Origin: a plasmid
Sequence record: NZ_CP156668.1
Length of the DNA stretch: 64,000 nucleotides
Direction: 5' to 3' (one strand)
The stretch's first letter is position 1, and each line of letters opens with the position of its first letter. The position numbers and the translations under genes are program-made. The notes under the pieces are model-generated. The model worked only from the letters and a program-made list of their open reading frames with translations. It made no database searches and was not told where the DNA came from. Positions 8,881 through 18,604 of the stretch are shown piece by piece.

Positions 8881-11136
8881 TTACTTTGTCAATTCGACAT
8901 CTTGCCCTGATAGGTCAATCACTAATGGTTCACCTGAAATCAAGTCAACATGTGCACCTTGACCATCGACTGACACTTCCAAAACATGACCGCGGAATAC
9001 CAAACGGAAAGCATATTTTGTCCAATTCTTTGGCAAGAATGGCTTCAAGTGGAGTTTGCCATCACGAACACGCATGCCAGCAAATCCTTGCACAATCGCT
9101 AACCATGAACCTGTCATAGCGGTTATATGCAAACCATCTGACGTGTCATTATTATAATTATCTAAGTCCAAACGGGCCGCACGTTCGTACATTTCAACTG
9201 CTTTATCTTCCATTTGTAAGTCAGCAGCCAAAATTGAGTGAACAGATGGCGACAATGATGACTCATGCACTGTCAATGGTTCATAGAATTCAAAGTTGTT
9301 ACGCTTTTCTTCTTCTGTAAACGCGTCTGGGAAATAGAACATGGCATGTAATGTATCAGATTGCTTAATATATGGCGAGCGCAAGATGCGATCCCATGAC
9401 CAGTTTTGGTTAATTGGTCGAATGTCTTGTGGCATATCAGCAATTGGTGTCAAATCTTTATCCAAGAATGTATCATGTTGAACAAAGATATGTTTTTTAC
9501 CTGTCTTGGTTTCAACATCAGCCTCTGGCAAATACATTTTATCAACAATTTCTTGCCACTTTGCTAATTCTTCATCCGTCAAAGCCAACTTAGCTTTTTC
9601 ATCAGCATTAATTTCATCGTAGTGTTCAAGTGAGTATTGCAAAACCCATTTTGCCATCCAATTTGTATAGAAATTGTTATTAACATTGTTTTCATACTCG
9701 TTGGGGCCCGTGACACCATGAATCATGTACTTATCGTTTCGGGCAGAATAGTGGACACGATCTGCCCAGAAGCGTGCGATATTATACAAAACTTGTGCGC
9801 CGTCACCGTCAAGCCATGAGTGATCTCCCGTGATGTTTGTATAATTATAAATCGCATAAGCAATTGTCGAATTACGGTGAATTTCTTCAAAAGTAATTTC
9901 CCACTCGTTGTGTGACTCAATACCATCAAAGGTCACCATTGGGTACAAAGCACCTTTTAAGCCTTGTTCTTTGGCATTGTGGAATGCACCATCCAACTGA
10001 TCAAAACGATATTGTAGCAATGAACGGGTCACAGACGGATCAGCAACACCAAGGTAAACAGGAATAGCAAATGCTTCGGTGTCCCAATACGTGGCACCAC
10101 CGTACTTCTCGCCAGTGAAACCTTTTGGTCCGATATTCAAACGTGGATCATTACCATAGTAAGTTGAGAATAACTGGAATAAGTTGAAGCGAATACCTTG
10201 CTGCGCCGCATCATCTCCTTCAATTTGAACATCAGCTTTTTCCCAACGATTAGCCCACTCTTGTGCATGTGCTGTGTATATGTCGTCGTATTTTTGTGCG
10301 GCAAGATCCGCAGTTAGTGTCTCACCTGCTTTAATCACTTGAGCTAGGCTATCATAATCACGCGAAGTTGTCACAATCACGCGCTTTTCAAAACTAACTG
10401 AACCTTTAGCTGGTACTTCAATGTCAAAGTTATCAGTCACTTCTTTTTCAGAGCGGTTCACACCATGCTTTTCACCGCCAACAAAGCTCTGACGGGCAAC
10501 AACTGTAAATTGTGGCACACCAAACGGATTTTCAATTGTTTGCGTAGCGATAAATGATGAATTAGTCTCATTACCTGCGTCCAAAACTTGCCAAAACTTT
10601 TCATCATAATTTGAATCTTCATTGACAACGTCAGCGTCGATACTAGCATCAAAACGAATTGTGTGCGTTTGACCATCAGCAGATGACAACTCATAGTGAA
10701 TATCTGCCAATTCCTTCACTGCTGCTGAAACTAAGCGCGTGATTTTAAACGTTACGCCAAACACAGTAAACGTTCGATTCAAAACACCATTTTTCATATC
10801 CAATGATACTTCAAAATCAGTCACATCATTCTTAGCTAGATCAACTTGATTGCCATCAACGTAAATGTCTGCTTTGACATAGTTTAGCGCATTGATAGCT
10901 TTTCCAAAGTAAAGCGGATAACCATTTTTCCACCAACCGACACGTGTTTTATCTGGGAACCAAACACCACCAACGTAAATTCCTTGATGTGTGTCACCGG
11001 AATAGACTTCTTCAAACATGCCACGCATGCCCATGTATTCGTTGCCCAAACTCGTCATAGATTCTTGGAGACGTTTATCTTCGGGATTCAAATCATGTGA
11101 TGTAACTGTCCAAGGATCAACTTCAAAAATTCGTTT
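8881..11136 (-). CDS. mapA: Maltose phosphorylase (glycoside hydrolase family 65)
   Basis: N-terminus MKRIFEVDPWTVTSHDLNPEDKRLQESMTSLGNEYMGMRGMFEE... is close to lactococcal/lactobacillal maltose phosphorylases. About 750 aa with the GH65 architecture. Start placed at MKRIF. Confidence 0.85.
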   Translation of the reverse strand, partial: KRIFEVDPWTVTSHDLNPEDKRLQESMTSLGNEYMGMRGMFEEVYSGDTHQGIYVGGVWFPDKTRVGWWKNGYPLYFGKAINALNYVKADIYVDGNQVDLAKNDVTDFEVSLDMKNGVLNRTFTVFGVTFKITRLVSAAVKELADIHYELSSADGQTHTIRFDASIDADVVNEDSNYDEKFWQVLDAGNETNSSFIATQTIENPFGVPQFTVVARQSFVGGEKHGVNRSEKEVTDNFDIEVPAKGSVSFEKRVIVTTSRDYDSLAQVIKAGETLTADLAAQKYDDIYTAHAQEWANRWEKADVQIEGDDAAQQGIRFNLFQLFSTYYGNDPRLNIGPKGFTGEKYGGATYWDTEAFAIPVYLGVADPSVTRSLLQYRFDQLDGAFHNAKEQGLKGALYPMVTFDGIESHNEWEITFEEIHRNSTIAYAIYNYTNITGDHSWLDGDGAQVLYNIARFWADRVHYSARNDKYMIHGVTGPNEYENNVNNNFYTNWMAKWVLQYSLEHYDEINADEKAKLALTDEELAKWQEIVDKMYLPEADVETKTGKKHIFVQHDTFLDKDLTPIADMPQDIRPINQNWSWDRILRSPYIKQSDTLHAMFYFPDAFTEEEKRNNFEFYEPLTVHESSLSPSVHSILAADLQMEDKAVEMYERAARLDLDNYNNDTSDGLHITAMTGSWLAIVQGFAGMRVRDGKLHLKPFLPKNWTKYAFRLVFRGHVLEVSVDGQGAHVDLISGEPLVIDLSGQDVELTK

Positions 11137-11233
11137 CATAAGACTTTCTACCTCTTCCATTTTTCGAATGCTTAGCTTCAGCGCTAATATCTACGACGAC
11201 CGATCGCACATATTAACGCCGAAGCGTTAGCCA

Positions 11234-12589
11234 TTATTGTGCATCTACTGGATTACTGTGAATTTCATTGATAAGCCCAACACTAACAGCACCAATTAAC
11301 ATTAAGATTCCGGATACTAAGATCATTGATGGGAAATGTGAACCAAGTGCAGGAAATAGTGCAAAACTAGCAACCGAAGCTAGAATTTGCGGCAAGCAAA
11401 TTGAACCGTTAAACAATCCTAGATACGTACCCATGTGATCACCAGGCAATGCGTTGGTTACCATAATGAATGGGTATGCCATCATACCTGCCCATGAAAT
11501 ACCGATTAAAATAAATGAACCAATCAACAAATACTGTGAGTGAATAAAGAATACCGATGTGAAACCAATTGCCCCTAAAAAGAGTGACAAAGCATAACCC
11601 GTTTTGTTTTTAGTTGCTGGGATTTTTGATAAGACTAGTGACCACACGACGGCCGCAATAGCATAAACCGCTGACATGATACCAAACCAATTACCACCAT
11701 TCTGATACCCAGCCGTTGTTGGATCAGTTGCATGGAAAATATTGTCTGCCACAGCACCAGTACCATATGTCCACAAATATTGGAATGCCATCCAGCAGAA
11801 GAACTGAGTCAAAGTAACCATCCAAAATGTTTTTGGTGCACGCTTTAACAAAGTCAGGAAGCCACCTTCACCATCATCTGGTGTATTCAAAGCATAGCCA
11901 TGATATAACTCATAAGTGGCATCATCGTATTCTTTCACGTTAAAGACTGCAATTAGTGAAAAGATAACTAAGACTAACGCACCAACATAGAATGAAATAA
12001 TCACAGAAGCTGGAACCTGACCTTTAGGTGCTGTATTAGCAACACCAATCGCTGTCAGCAAGAATGGAAAAATTGTTGCCAGGACAGACCCTGTATTAGA
12101 TAAGAAACTTTGAATTGAGTACGCGTATGATTTTTGGTCTTCATTAACCATGTCACCCACAACCATCTTGAAAGGTTGCATTGCAACATTAGAACTCAAA
12201 TCCATGAACAAAATTGTGATTGCTCCAAACCACAAACCAGCAGTAGTTGAAAAACCAAAACTACCTGAATTAGGCAACAAGAACATCACAATAACTGCCA
12301 CAAGAGCGCCAACCAATAGGTAAGGCATTCGACGACCAAAGCGTTTTGTCCAAGTGCGATCTGAAAAATAACCAACTAGTGGTTGAACAAACAACCCTGC
12401 CAATGGTGGTAGGATGAAGAAAAATCCTAACTTAGTGGGATCAGCACCCAAGGTCTGAAAAATACGTCCCATTTGGGAACTCTGCAATGAAAATGCCATC
12501 TGCACGCCCAAAAATCCAAAACTCAGCATCCAAATGGTGCTTAGCGGCAAGTTTGGCAACCCCTGCCCTTTTTTCTTATTTACCATCAT
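11234..12589 (-). CDS. GPH-family sugar:cation symporter (probable maltose/oligosaccharide transporter)
   Basis: 12-TM protein with GPH signature ...PPLAGLFVQPLVGYFSDRTWTKRFGRRMPY... Start at ATGATG, 6 nt after GGAGG. First gene of the mapA operon. Confidence 0.75.
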   Translation of the reverse strand: MMVNKKKGQGLPNLPLSTIWMLSFGFLGVQMAFSLQSSQMGRIFQTLGADPTKLGFFFILPPLAGLFVQPLVGYFSDRTWTKRFGRRMPYLLVGALVAVIVMFLLPNSGSFGFSTTAGLWFGAITILFMDLSSNVAMQPFKMVVGDMVNEDQKSYAYSIQSFLSNTGSVLATIFPFLLTAIGVANTAPKGQVPASVIISFYVGALVLVIFSLIAVFNVKEYDDATYELYHGYALNTPDDGEGGFLTLLKRAPKTFWMVTLTQFFCWMAFQYLWTYGTGAVADNIFHATDPTTAGYQNGGNWFGIMSAVYAIAAVVWSLVLSKIPATKNKTGYALSLFLGAIGFTSVFFIHSQYLLIGSFILIGISWAGMMAYPFIMVTNALPGDHMGTYLGLFNGSICLPQILASVASFALFPALGSHFPSMILVSGILMLIGAVSVGLINEIHSNPVDAQ

Positions 12590-13430
12590 TAATTCCTCCA
12601 AAATTTTTTTGAAACATAACTGATTTGCTCTAATCATGCACCATTTATATGAACAATTCGTGATGAAACTGTCTTTTTTAGAAATCAGGAACATGTTCTG
12701 AGCACCAATATATGTAACCGTTTGTATTTTATAGTATAGAACATTTGGATAATTAATGGAATCGTTTGCACAATGTTAACGATAACATTATGCAAATTTA
12801 TTGTTTATCGAACAGCTATAGCTGCTGAAATGCTGGTATTTCCTAATTCTATCGTTTTTTGATTCAATTTAAGAAATAATTTGTGCGACAATTTTTTCAA
12901 CAATTAAGGCAAACGCTTGTCTTATGGGTGTTTAATTTCGGCTGAACCGCACTTAGCACAACAAGTACAATCTAATCGCTCGCACGGATAATCGTAGTCG
13001 GCAATTAGAAATTGTGCATTAAGTTCAATACTAATCTAACGATAAAACAATATAATAAATATCACGATATCCCTGCCGGCACATATATTCAGTCGTTTAT
13101 TCAATGCCTGCCCGATTATTCACGTCAATAGATTGTGTCTCTGCCGTAATATCTAAGCTAATTTTCAGTGTCTAACCTTTTTGTTGTAAATTATAGCTAA
13201 TCGAATCAATAATTCGGCTCAACTGTTGTAACATCTTCTAAAAGTAAGAAACGTGGATTGAAGTCAATATTTGAGACAGATTTTAAGAGACATTCAGAAC
13301 CGCGTTTACCTTCCACAGCTCAAATAAATCATTAATCGCGATTAATAACTTATTTGAACCCTGGAAAGCATTAAATCAGGCGGCCATTTGGCTTGTAAGT
13401 GTTGCAATTTCAACTTGTAAGGGGGTCTGG

Positions 13431-13643
13431 TAGCCCAGTGAACTGTTGAATAGCCAATGCCATATTCTCTGACCAGTTGGGCAGCTGATTTGCCTTGCTT
13501 ATATAGGTTGATAATGTTTTGTTTGAATTCTTTGTCGTAACGAGTTGGCATGTAAAAATTCCTTCCTTTTGAGAGACGATTTATTCATTATACCCTCTCT
13601 TAAAAGTCGTCTCAGGAATCAGCTTACATCCAATAAAGATGCT
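13431..13643 (-). mobile_element. Second copy of the IS3-family 5'-end remnant. The orfA N-terminus is intact and fused to unrelated sequence
   Basis: About 97% identical to 2010-2222. The ORF 13342-13551 begins MPTRYDKEFKQNIINLYKQGKSAAQLVREYGIGY (IS3 OrfA HTH) and then diverges at 13431. Confidence 0.6.
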
Positions 13644-13761
13644 CTAAAAATAAGATACGATAAATTGCTTTCAGATGATCAAATTCTCAAAAACAAAGTC
13701 GGTGTGAACGCCATTATTTGGTATGTTTTGGAAAAAAGTATGAACTGTAAATATTAATAAG

Positions 13762-13798
13762 CAAAAAGGCCACTAGGGTATACCCTAGTGGCCTTTTT
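13762..13798. terminator. Bidirectional hairpin terminator with a perfect 26-bp palindrome and flanking A/T tracts
   Basis: caaaaaggccactagggtataccctagtggcctttttt. The core ctagggtataccctagtggcc recurs at 37570-37589. Confidence 0.6.
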
Positions 13799-13808
13799 TG
13801 ATCCATTA

Positions 13809-14105
13809 TCAATGGCTTTTTAAATTAGGGCCTAGTACTTTTGGAATGGAAATACTTTCCAACACCAAAAATTCTAGACCCTCAAAAACTTGAACATGAT
13901 TGTTCCGAGCTGTATTGAAGATCGTTTCGGGTAGCGATTTATCGGTAACAATGTAGTTAATCGCGCTCATTGGTGCACTCATGTATAGTTGATGCTTACC
14001 GATTTTAGTGTAATCCACCAACAGCACAACCGCATCGGCATGAGCGGAAAAAGCTCGCTTGATATTAGCCTCTAAATCATTGGCATCCCTAGATTGCATA
14101 ATTAA
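13809..14105 (-). pseudogene. DeoR-family regulator, C-terminal (sugar-phosphate-binding) domain fragment
   Basis: ...MQSRDANDLEANIKRAFSAHADAVVLLVDYTKIGKHQLYMSAPMSAINYIVTDKSLPETIF... matches a DeoR C-terminal domain. No N-terminal HTH is present, and the upstream part of the ORF is nonsense sequence. Confidence 0.5.
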
Positions 14106-14162
14106 AGTTACCACCCAGTAAATGTGAAAAAAGACTATGGCAATAGTCAGGTGCTCATGTGT

Positions 14163-14355
14163 GATTACACGCAGGCAAAGGAGATTAAAGTCGTGCTTAG
14201 CGAGATTGCTGATCAGGTTGCTGGCAGACTTCGTCACCATCAAGTACAAGTTGAAGTGGTTAGCGTTGGGATTGATTATGCTGATGCAGAAGAAGCAGGC
14301 ACCTCCGGTTTCGGTGTGCAAATGAAGATTTATCCCACAAATCACACTGACGATT
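14163..14355 (+). pseudogene. Fragment of a second umuC-like Y-family DNA polymerase gene (internal ~65 aa)
   Basis: ...KEIKVVLSEIADQVAGRLRHHQVQVEVVSVGIDYADAEEAGTSGFGVQMKIYPTNHTDDL aligns with residues ...VIKEIGEQVAARLRHHHKLAGCLSLSIGFSYAAAEADGRGGFNQALKIEPTNDNQVL of the polymerase at 39466-40766. Confidence 0.6.
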
Positions 14356-14449
14356 TGAGCCCCAAAAAAACGTCCGCACGTCCAACCGTACAATTCTTGT
14401 CCGGACCATTGACATTCTTGCCGAACGATTTGGCAGGTCATGCACGAAT

Positions 14450-14645
14450 TAGGCATTCAATCGACTATGTATCGCAAACGTCCTAAAAAGCCTACAACCA
14501 ATACCGACACATCGCAGAAGCCTAATTTAATGAGACATCTAGCTGATTTATCTGGGGTCGTTACCACTGACATCACCTATATTCACCTGATCAATCAAAA
14601 CTGGGTTTATCTCGCAACTTTGTTTGTCGTTCCTCGGTCACATCA
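14450..14645 (+). mobile_element. IS3-family transposase OrfB internal fragment
   Basis: ...YRKRPKKPTTNTDTSQKPNLMRHLADLSGVVTTDITYIHLINQNWVYLA resembles the region upstream of the integrase core of IS3 OrfB (VTDITYI motif). No DDE core follows. Confidence 0.45.
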
Positions 14646-14850
14646 AAACAAAATAAAACGCTGGTAAAAGACCTGATGATGCGTGAATTTAAGAAATAGC
14701 CAAGTGCCTTCGTCAGAACGTAATTTCTTTTGTCCGGCCTATTGACATTCTTGCCGACGTAGAGCTAAATAAAGACCCTGAAGAATAATAATATTCTTCA
14801 GGGTCCTCTTTAAATAATCTATATTCGCTACAGATATATTTATTTAATGG

Positions 14851-17800
14851 TTAATCATTACGACGTTTCTTGATACCAAGAAAACCGAGTAAACTTCCAA
14901 ACATTGCCAACAAAATACCAATAAATGACATTGTTTGACTTTGACTATTGTTTTCACCAGTTTGAGGTAATTCTGGTGAATTAACAGCACCGTTGTTAAC
15001 TTTAGATCCTGTATTAGTCGACGTATTGATTACTCCATTGTTAGTAGCGTTACTTGGCTGGGAAGGATTCCCTGGTTGGTTAGAACTGGGATTTCCTGTG
15101 TCCGTACCATTACCTGGCTTCCCCGGTTGATTGAGCCCAGTGCCGCCATTGTTATCTGTTGCGGGGTTCTTCGTGTAAACATAGGTAACAGTCTGATCCT
15201 GATCCGTAAAGCTCCCCGTAGGGTTCCCTTGGACTTCTTTGAAGGTGTAGCCTGGCACATCCTTTTGGGTCGTTGAATATGGATCGCCTACATTACCAGA
15301 AGCAATAACGTCGTCAGCAATTGGATTGCCACTTTCATCAACATACTTAGCTGTGACGTTTCCACCAGCAACTGGGTTCTTGGTGTAAACATAGGTTACA
15401 GTCTGATCCTGAGCTGTGAAGCTACCCTTAGGGCTACCTTGAACTTCTTTGAAGGTATAGCCGGCAATATCCTTTTGGGTTGTCGAGTAAGGATCACTAA
15501 TATTACCAGAAGAAACAACATCGGTAGCAATCGAATTGCCACTTTCATCAACATACTTAGCTGTGACGTTTCCACCAGCAACTGGGTTCTTGGTGTAAAT
15601 ATAGGTTACAGTCTGATCCTGAGCTGTGAAGCTACCCTCGGGGCTACCTTGAACTTCTTTGAAGGTATAACCAGCAATATCCTTTTGGGCTGTCGAGTGA
15701 GGATCACCAATATTACCAGAAGAAACAACATCGGCAGCAATTGAATTGCCACTTTCATCAACAAATTTTTCAGTTAGTTTCCCAACACTGTTCCAAATAG
15801 AAGCAATTGGATTGATAGTTAAGTTGCTGATGTTAGTCGTTCCATTATCTGAATACACGTAAACACCATTTGTAGCTTGATCACCAATATTTTCTGGCCG
15901 CATAAAGAAGTTTTGGGTAATCGATTTTTCACCATTATTAGCAAAGGCCTCAATACTTGTTTCGTCAACATAAACCGTAATCGTAATTGATCCATCAGCA
16001 TTCACTGTTGCGTTCATTTTGTCTCGTGGTGCACCCATGTTGGGTTCACCAGTGTTGAGTCTCTGAACGAAAAATAATCCCGTAGTTAAATCATAACCAA
16101 CTAATATATCATATTTTTTGTCGTCAGAAACACGCAGTTTAAAGCCGATTGAACTTGGTTTATTGCTCTCATCCCAAGAAAATGTTGCACTAATCTTGTA
16201 TTGTTTGCCGTCATATTGAACTTTTTGATCAGTACTTGAAATTGAAAAAGCACTATTCTTTTGATCAATAACGTTGGCCTCTTCGTTGTTAGCAATTTCT
16301 TTGATCACAGTATTCGCCAGCAAATATCCGTCTGTTGTATCAGCATTCTGTTCGAGAGTTAGTTCGCGAGGAAGTGTCATATTACCATACCAAGGTGTTG
16401 TATTAGCTTCTCTTGTATAACTCCAATTTGATTCCCAAGCCAACATAACTGTTCGACCGTCGGGCATATTGGAGAAAGGAATACCCGCATAAAAATCCTC
16501 TCCTGAATCCATCGTCATTGGATTTTGCAACGTTTTTGAACTCTCAGGTACCCAAGTTCCGTCGGCTGTCATATTACCAACATAATATTGCATCCCAGAT
16601 CCTGTGGCATGTGCGCCTTGTTGGACACTGATGCAAAAGACCCACTTTGTTTCATTTGTTCCAGCTACCTTCATCGGTACCAGTGATGGGCATTCCCATA
16701 CGCCATTACCAACATCATTTTCACGTTCAATCTTAGAAGCATATGTCCAGTCCAACAGATTGCTAGATTTATAAATGAGGGCTTGCTGACCAGACACAAC
16801 TGTCAAATAGTATTGTTTGTTAACCGCATCGTAGACCACGCTTGGATCGCGGAAGTTGGCGGAATCTCCTCCTTGGTTCATACTGGTTGGAATGATTGCC
16901 TGGGGATTAGCTGCATTACCATCCTTCGAATATTGAATAAACGTTTTGCCACCATCGAGGCTGTAAGCCAAATGTTGCTCCTGAATTTCTGTTAAACCAA
17001 TCCACGTCCCCCATCCGTCTTCAGCACCATCATTTTTTCTAGTCGCGATCTGATAATCAGCAGTGTAGAAAGCCAGAATGGCGTCTTTTCCTAAGCCACT
17101 GACATTGTTAGTGTCAACAACAATCGAGCCACTGAAAATAGCCTTTTTGCCGTCAGCGTCACCCCAATTTGTTGTTGGTACACCAACATATCTAACTTCG
17201 CCTTTATCTTTTAGCGAACCAGTTGTGTTGGTATACGTAAAGTCTTCCCACCCCTGATTCTGTAGCATTGGAATGGCAACGTCCTCTTGTGTCCAATTAA
17301 TTAAGTCCTTGCTGACAGCGTGGCCCCAAGACATATTGCCCCATTGGTTCCCCTTTGGATTGTATTGATAATAAAGATTGTAAAGCCCTGTGCTGCTATC
17401 ATAAAAGAGGCCATTTGGATCGTTGATCCAATTTTCATTACTGGAGTAATGAAATTGATTTCTGTATTGTTCATCATACTGATCGTTTTGACTGATATCG
17501 GGGGTTGTAGCCTTAGCTGAATTGTCAACCGCTACAGTGGTAGTTGCTTTGGTTGCAATTGTTGTGGAAGATGTTGATTGGTCAGTTTGAGATTGCCCTA
17601 AACTACTTTTTGCTTGTTCGTCACTTGTCGGTGATGTGGTATTCGAATTGACAATAGCCTTATCTGAATCACTTGTTGTAACAGGTTTTGTCACATCAGT
17701 ATTGTTAGTGCTATTTGAGGCTACTTGATTTTTGTCATCATCTGTCTGACTGACTGTATTACTGGATGATGCCTCGCTGTCGCTTGAACTCGGCAAAGCA

Positions 17801-18048
17801 ACTTGTTTTGATGATGCTTCAGTCGCTACGCCATTGACTGAAGACGATTGAGTAACCGACTCATCTGTTGTAGCATCGCTAGTCTGAGTGTTGCTTTGAC
17901 TAATTTGAGAAGACGCAACGCTTGTCGCAGCGCTTACATTTTTCCCGCCATAAAAAAATGAAACGGTAAGACATGTTGATAAGCAGGCAAATACCCACAT
18001 GCCCTTGCTTTTATACATCTTGTAGTGCTGATTTTCATTAATTTTCAA
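14851..18048 (-). CDS. fosE: Cell-wall-anchored extracellular beta-fructosidase (GH32 fructan hydrolase), FosE-like. Carries a KxYKxGKxW signal peptide, a Ser/Thr-rich spacer, three MucBP-type repeats and LPQTG
   Basis: GH32 motifs NWINDPNGLFYD, FRDPSVVYD and VWECPSL. The N-terminal KMYKSKGMWV signal motif follows a TTG start 8 nt after GGAGGG. The C-terminus has LPQTG plus a hydrophobic stretch and KKRRND. Confidence 0.8.
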   Translation of the reverse strand: MKINENQHYKMYKSKGMWVFACLSTCLTVSFFYGGKNVSAATSVASSQISQSNTQTSDATTDESVTQSSSVNGVATEASSKQVALPSSSDSEASSSNTVSQTDDDKNQVASNSTNNTDVTKPVTTSDSDKAIVNSNTTSPTSDEQAKSSLGQSQTDQSTSSTTIATKATTTVAVDNSAKATTPDISQNDQYDEQYRNQFHYSSNENWINDPNGLFYDSSTGLYNLYYQYNPKGNQWGNMSWGHAVSKDLINWTQEDVAIPMLQNQGWEDFTYTNTTGSLKDKGEVRYVGVPTTNWGDADGKKAIFSGSIVVDTNNVSGLGKDAILAFYTADYQIATRKNDGAEDGWGTWIGLTEIQEQHLAYSLDGGKTFIQYSKDGNAANPQAIIPTSMNQGGDSANFRDPSVVYDAVNKQYYLTVVSGQQALIYKSSNLLDWTYASKIERENDVGNGVWECPSLVPMKVAGTNETKWVFCISVQQGAHATGSGMQYYVGNMTADGTWVPESSKTLQNPMTMDSGEDFYAGIPFSNMPDGRTVMLAWESNWSYTREANTTPWYGNMTLPRELTLEQNADTTDGYLLANTVIKEIANNEEANVIDQKNSAFSISSTDQKVQYDGKQYKISATFSWDESNKPSSIGFKLRVSDDKKYDILVGYDLTTGLFFVQRLNTGEPNMGAPRDKMNATVNADGSITITVYVDETSIEAFANNGEKSITQNFFMRPENIGDQATNGVYVYSDNGTTNISNLTINPIASIWNSVGKLTEKFVDESGNSIAADVVSSGNIGDPHSTAQKDIAGYTFKEVQGSPEGSFTAQDQTVTYIYTKNPVAGGNVTAKYVDESGNSIATDVVSSGNISDPYSTTQKDIAGYTFKEVQGSPKGSFTAQDQTVTYVYTKNPVAGGNVTAKYVDESGNPIADDVIASGNVGDPYSTTQKDVPGYTFKEVQGNPTGSFTDQDQTVTYVYTKNPATDNNGGTGLNQPGKPGNGTDTGNPSSNQPGNPSQPSNATNNGVINTSTNTGSKVNNGAVNSPELPQTGENNSQSQTMSFIGILLAMFGSLLGFLGIKKRRND
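15150..15780. repeat. Three tandem ~210-bp repeats (about 90% identical) encoding the MucBP-like 70-aa repeats of FosE
   Basis: gtttccaccagcaactgggttcttggtgtaaa(c/t)ataggttacagtctgatcctgagctgtgaagctaccc recurs with a 210-bp period. A third copy is more diverged. Confidence 0.7.
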
Positions 18049-18238
18049 CCTAATTACCCTCCTGTTTTTTAACAGCTCATTCACATGACTGTTAGTCACC
18101 ACTATTTGTTCTTCCACCACATTGAGCTACACCAAAAAAATTGTGAGAACTGAATCTCATCGACTTCTCAGTCCTGCCATAGTTGTACTTATCACTGATA
18201 AATGAAGCACCTGCAATTAAAGTCACCCGTAACAGGAG

Positions 18239-18571
18239 CTATTTGACTTTGGGCGTAATGCCTGGCTGCTGACGAACCTTCTTTTGAAAATATTTGATTT
18301 TCTTGTCATAGTCGTCAACAACTGCGCGAACATTCTGCTGCCCTTTCCAACCTGAATACCCGAACATCAACATGCCCAGTGCACCCAGGACTAGGAGCAC
18401 AATGCCAACGATGTTTAACCACAAGGTCTTGCCATGGAAGAAGTAGATCAGAACAATGCCAACGCCACTGAGAATGGTGCAAAGTTGAAACCAGTAGCCT
18501 AGGTTTTTCAACATATGCTTCTGATACGCAACTTCTTTTTCGTATCCCTTAGTCATTTCGTCAATTGTCAT
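18239..18571 (-). CDS. Small two-TM membrane protein of the fos operon (FosX-like / PTS accessory)
   Basis: Start taken at MTIDEMTKG (RBS GAAGGA). Two hydrophobic helices. It sits between the PTS IID gene and fosE, as in the fosABCDXE arrangement. Confidence 0.5.
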   Translation of the reverse strand: MTIDEMTKGYEKEVAYQKHMLKNLGYWFQLCTILSGVGIVLIYFFHGKTLWLNIVGIVLLVLGALGMLMFGYSGWKGQQNVRAVVDDYDKKIKYFQKKVRQQPGITPKVK

Positions 18572-18604
18572 TTTGATTTTCCTTCTTCCATACACGTTCG
18601 TAGT

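Noticed and set aside
13545-13757. 70-aa plus-strand ORF across the IS3 remnant
   Set aside because: Antisense to the IS orfA fragment. Chance ORF in AT-rich sequence.
14124-14667. ORFs 14124-14486 and 14440-14667 as intact genes
   Set aside because: Only internal segments match UmuC and IS3 OrfB. The N- and C-terminal parts are unrelated sequence, so they were annotated as fragments instead.
15030-17528. Multiple short ORFs on both strands within fosE
   Set aside because: They overlap the GH32/MucBP CDS and reflect repeat-driven open frames.
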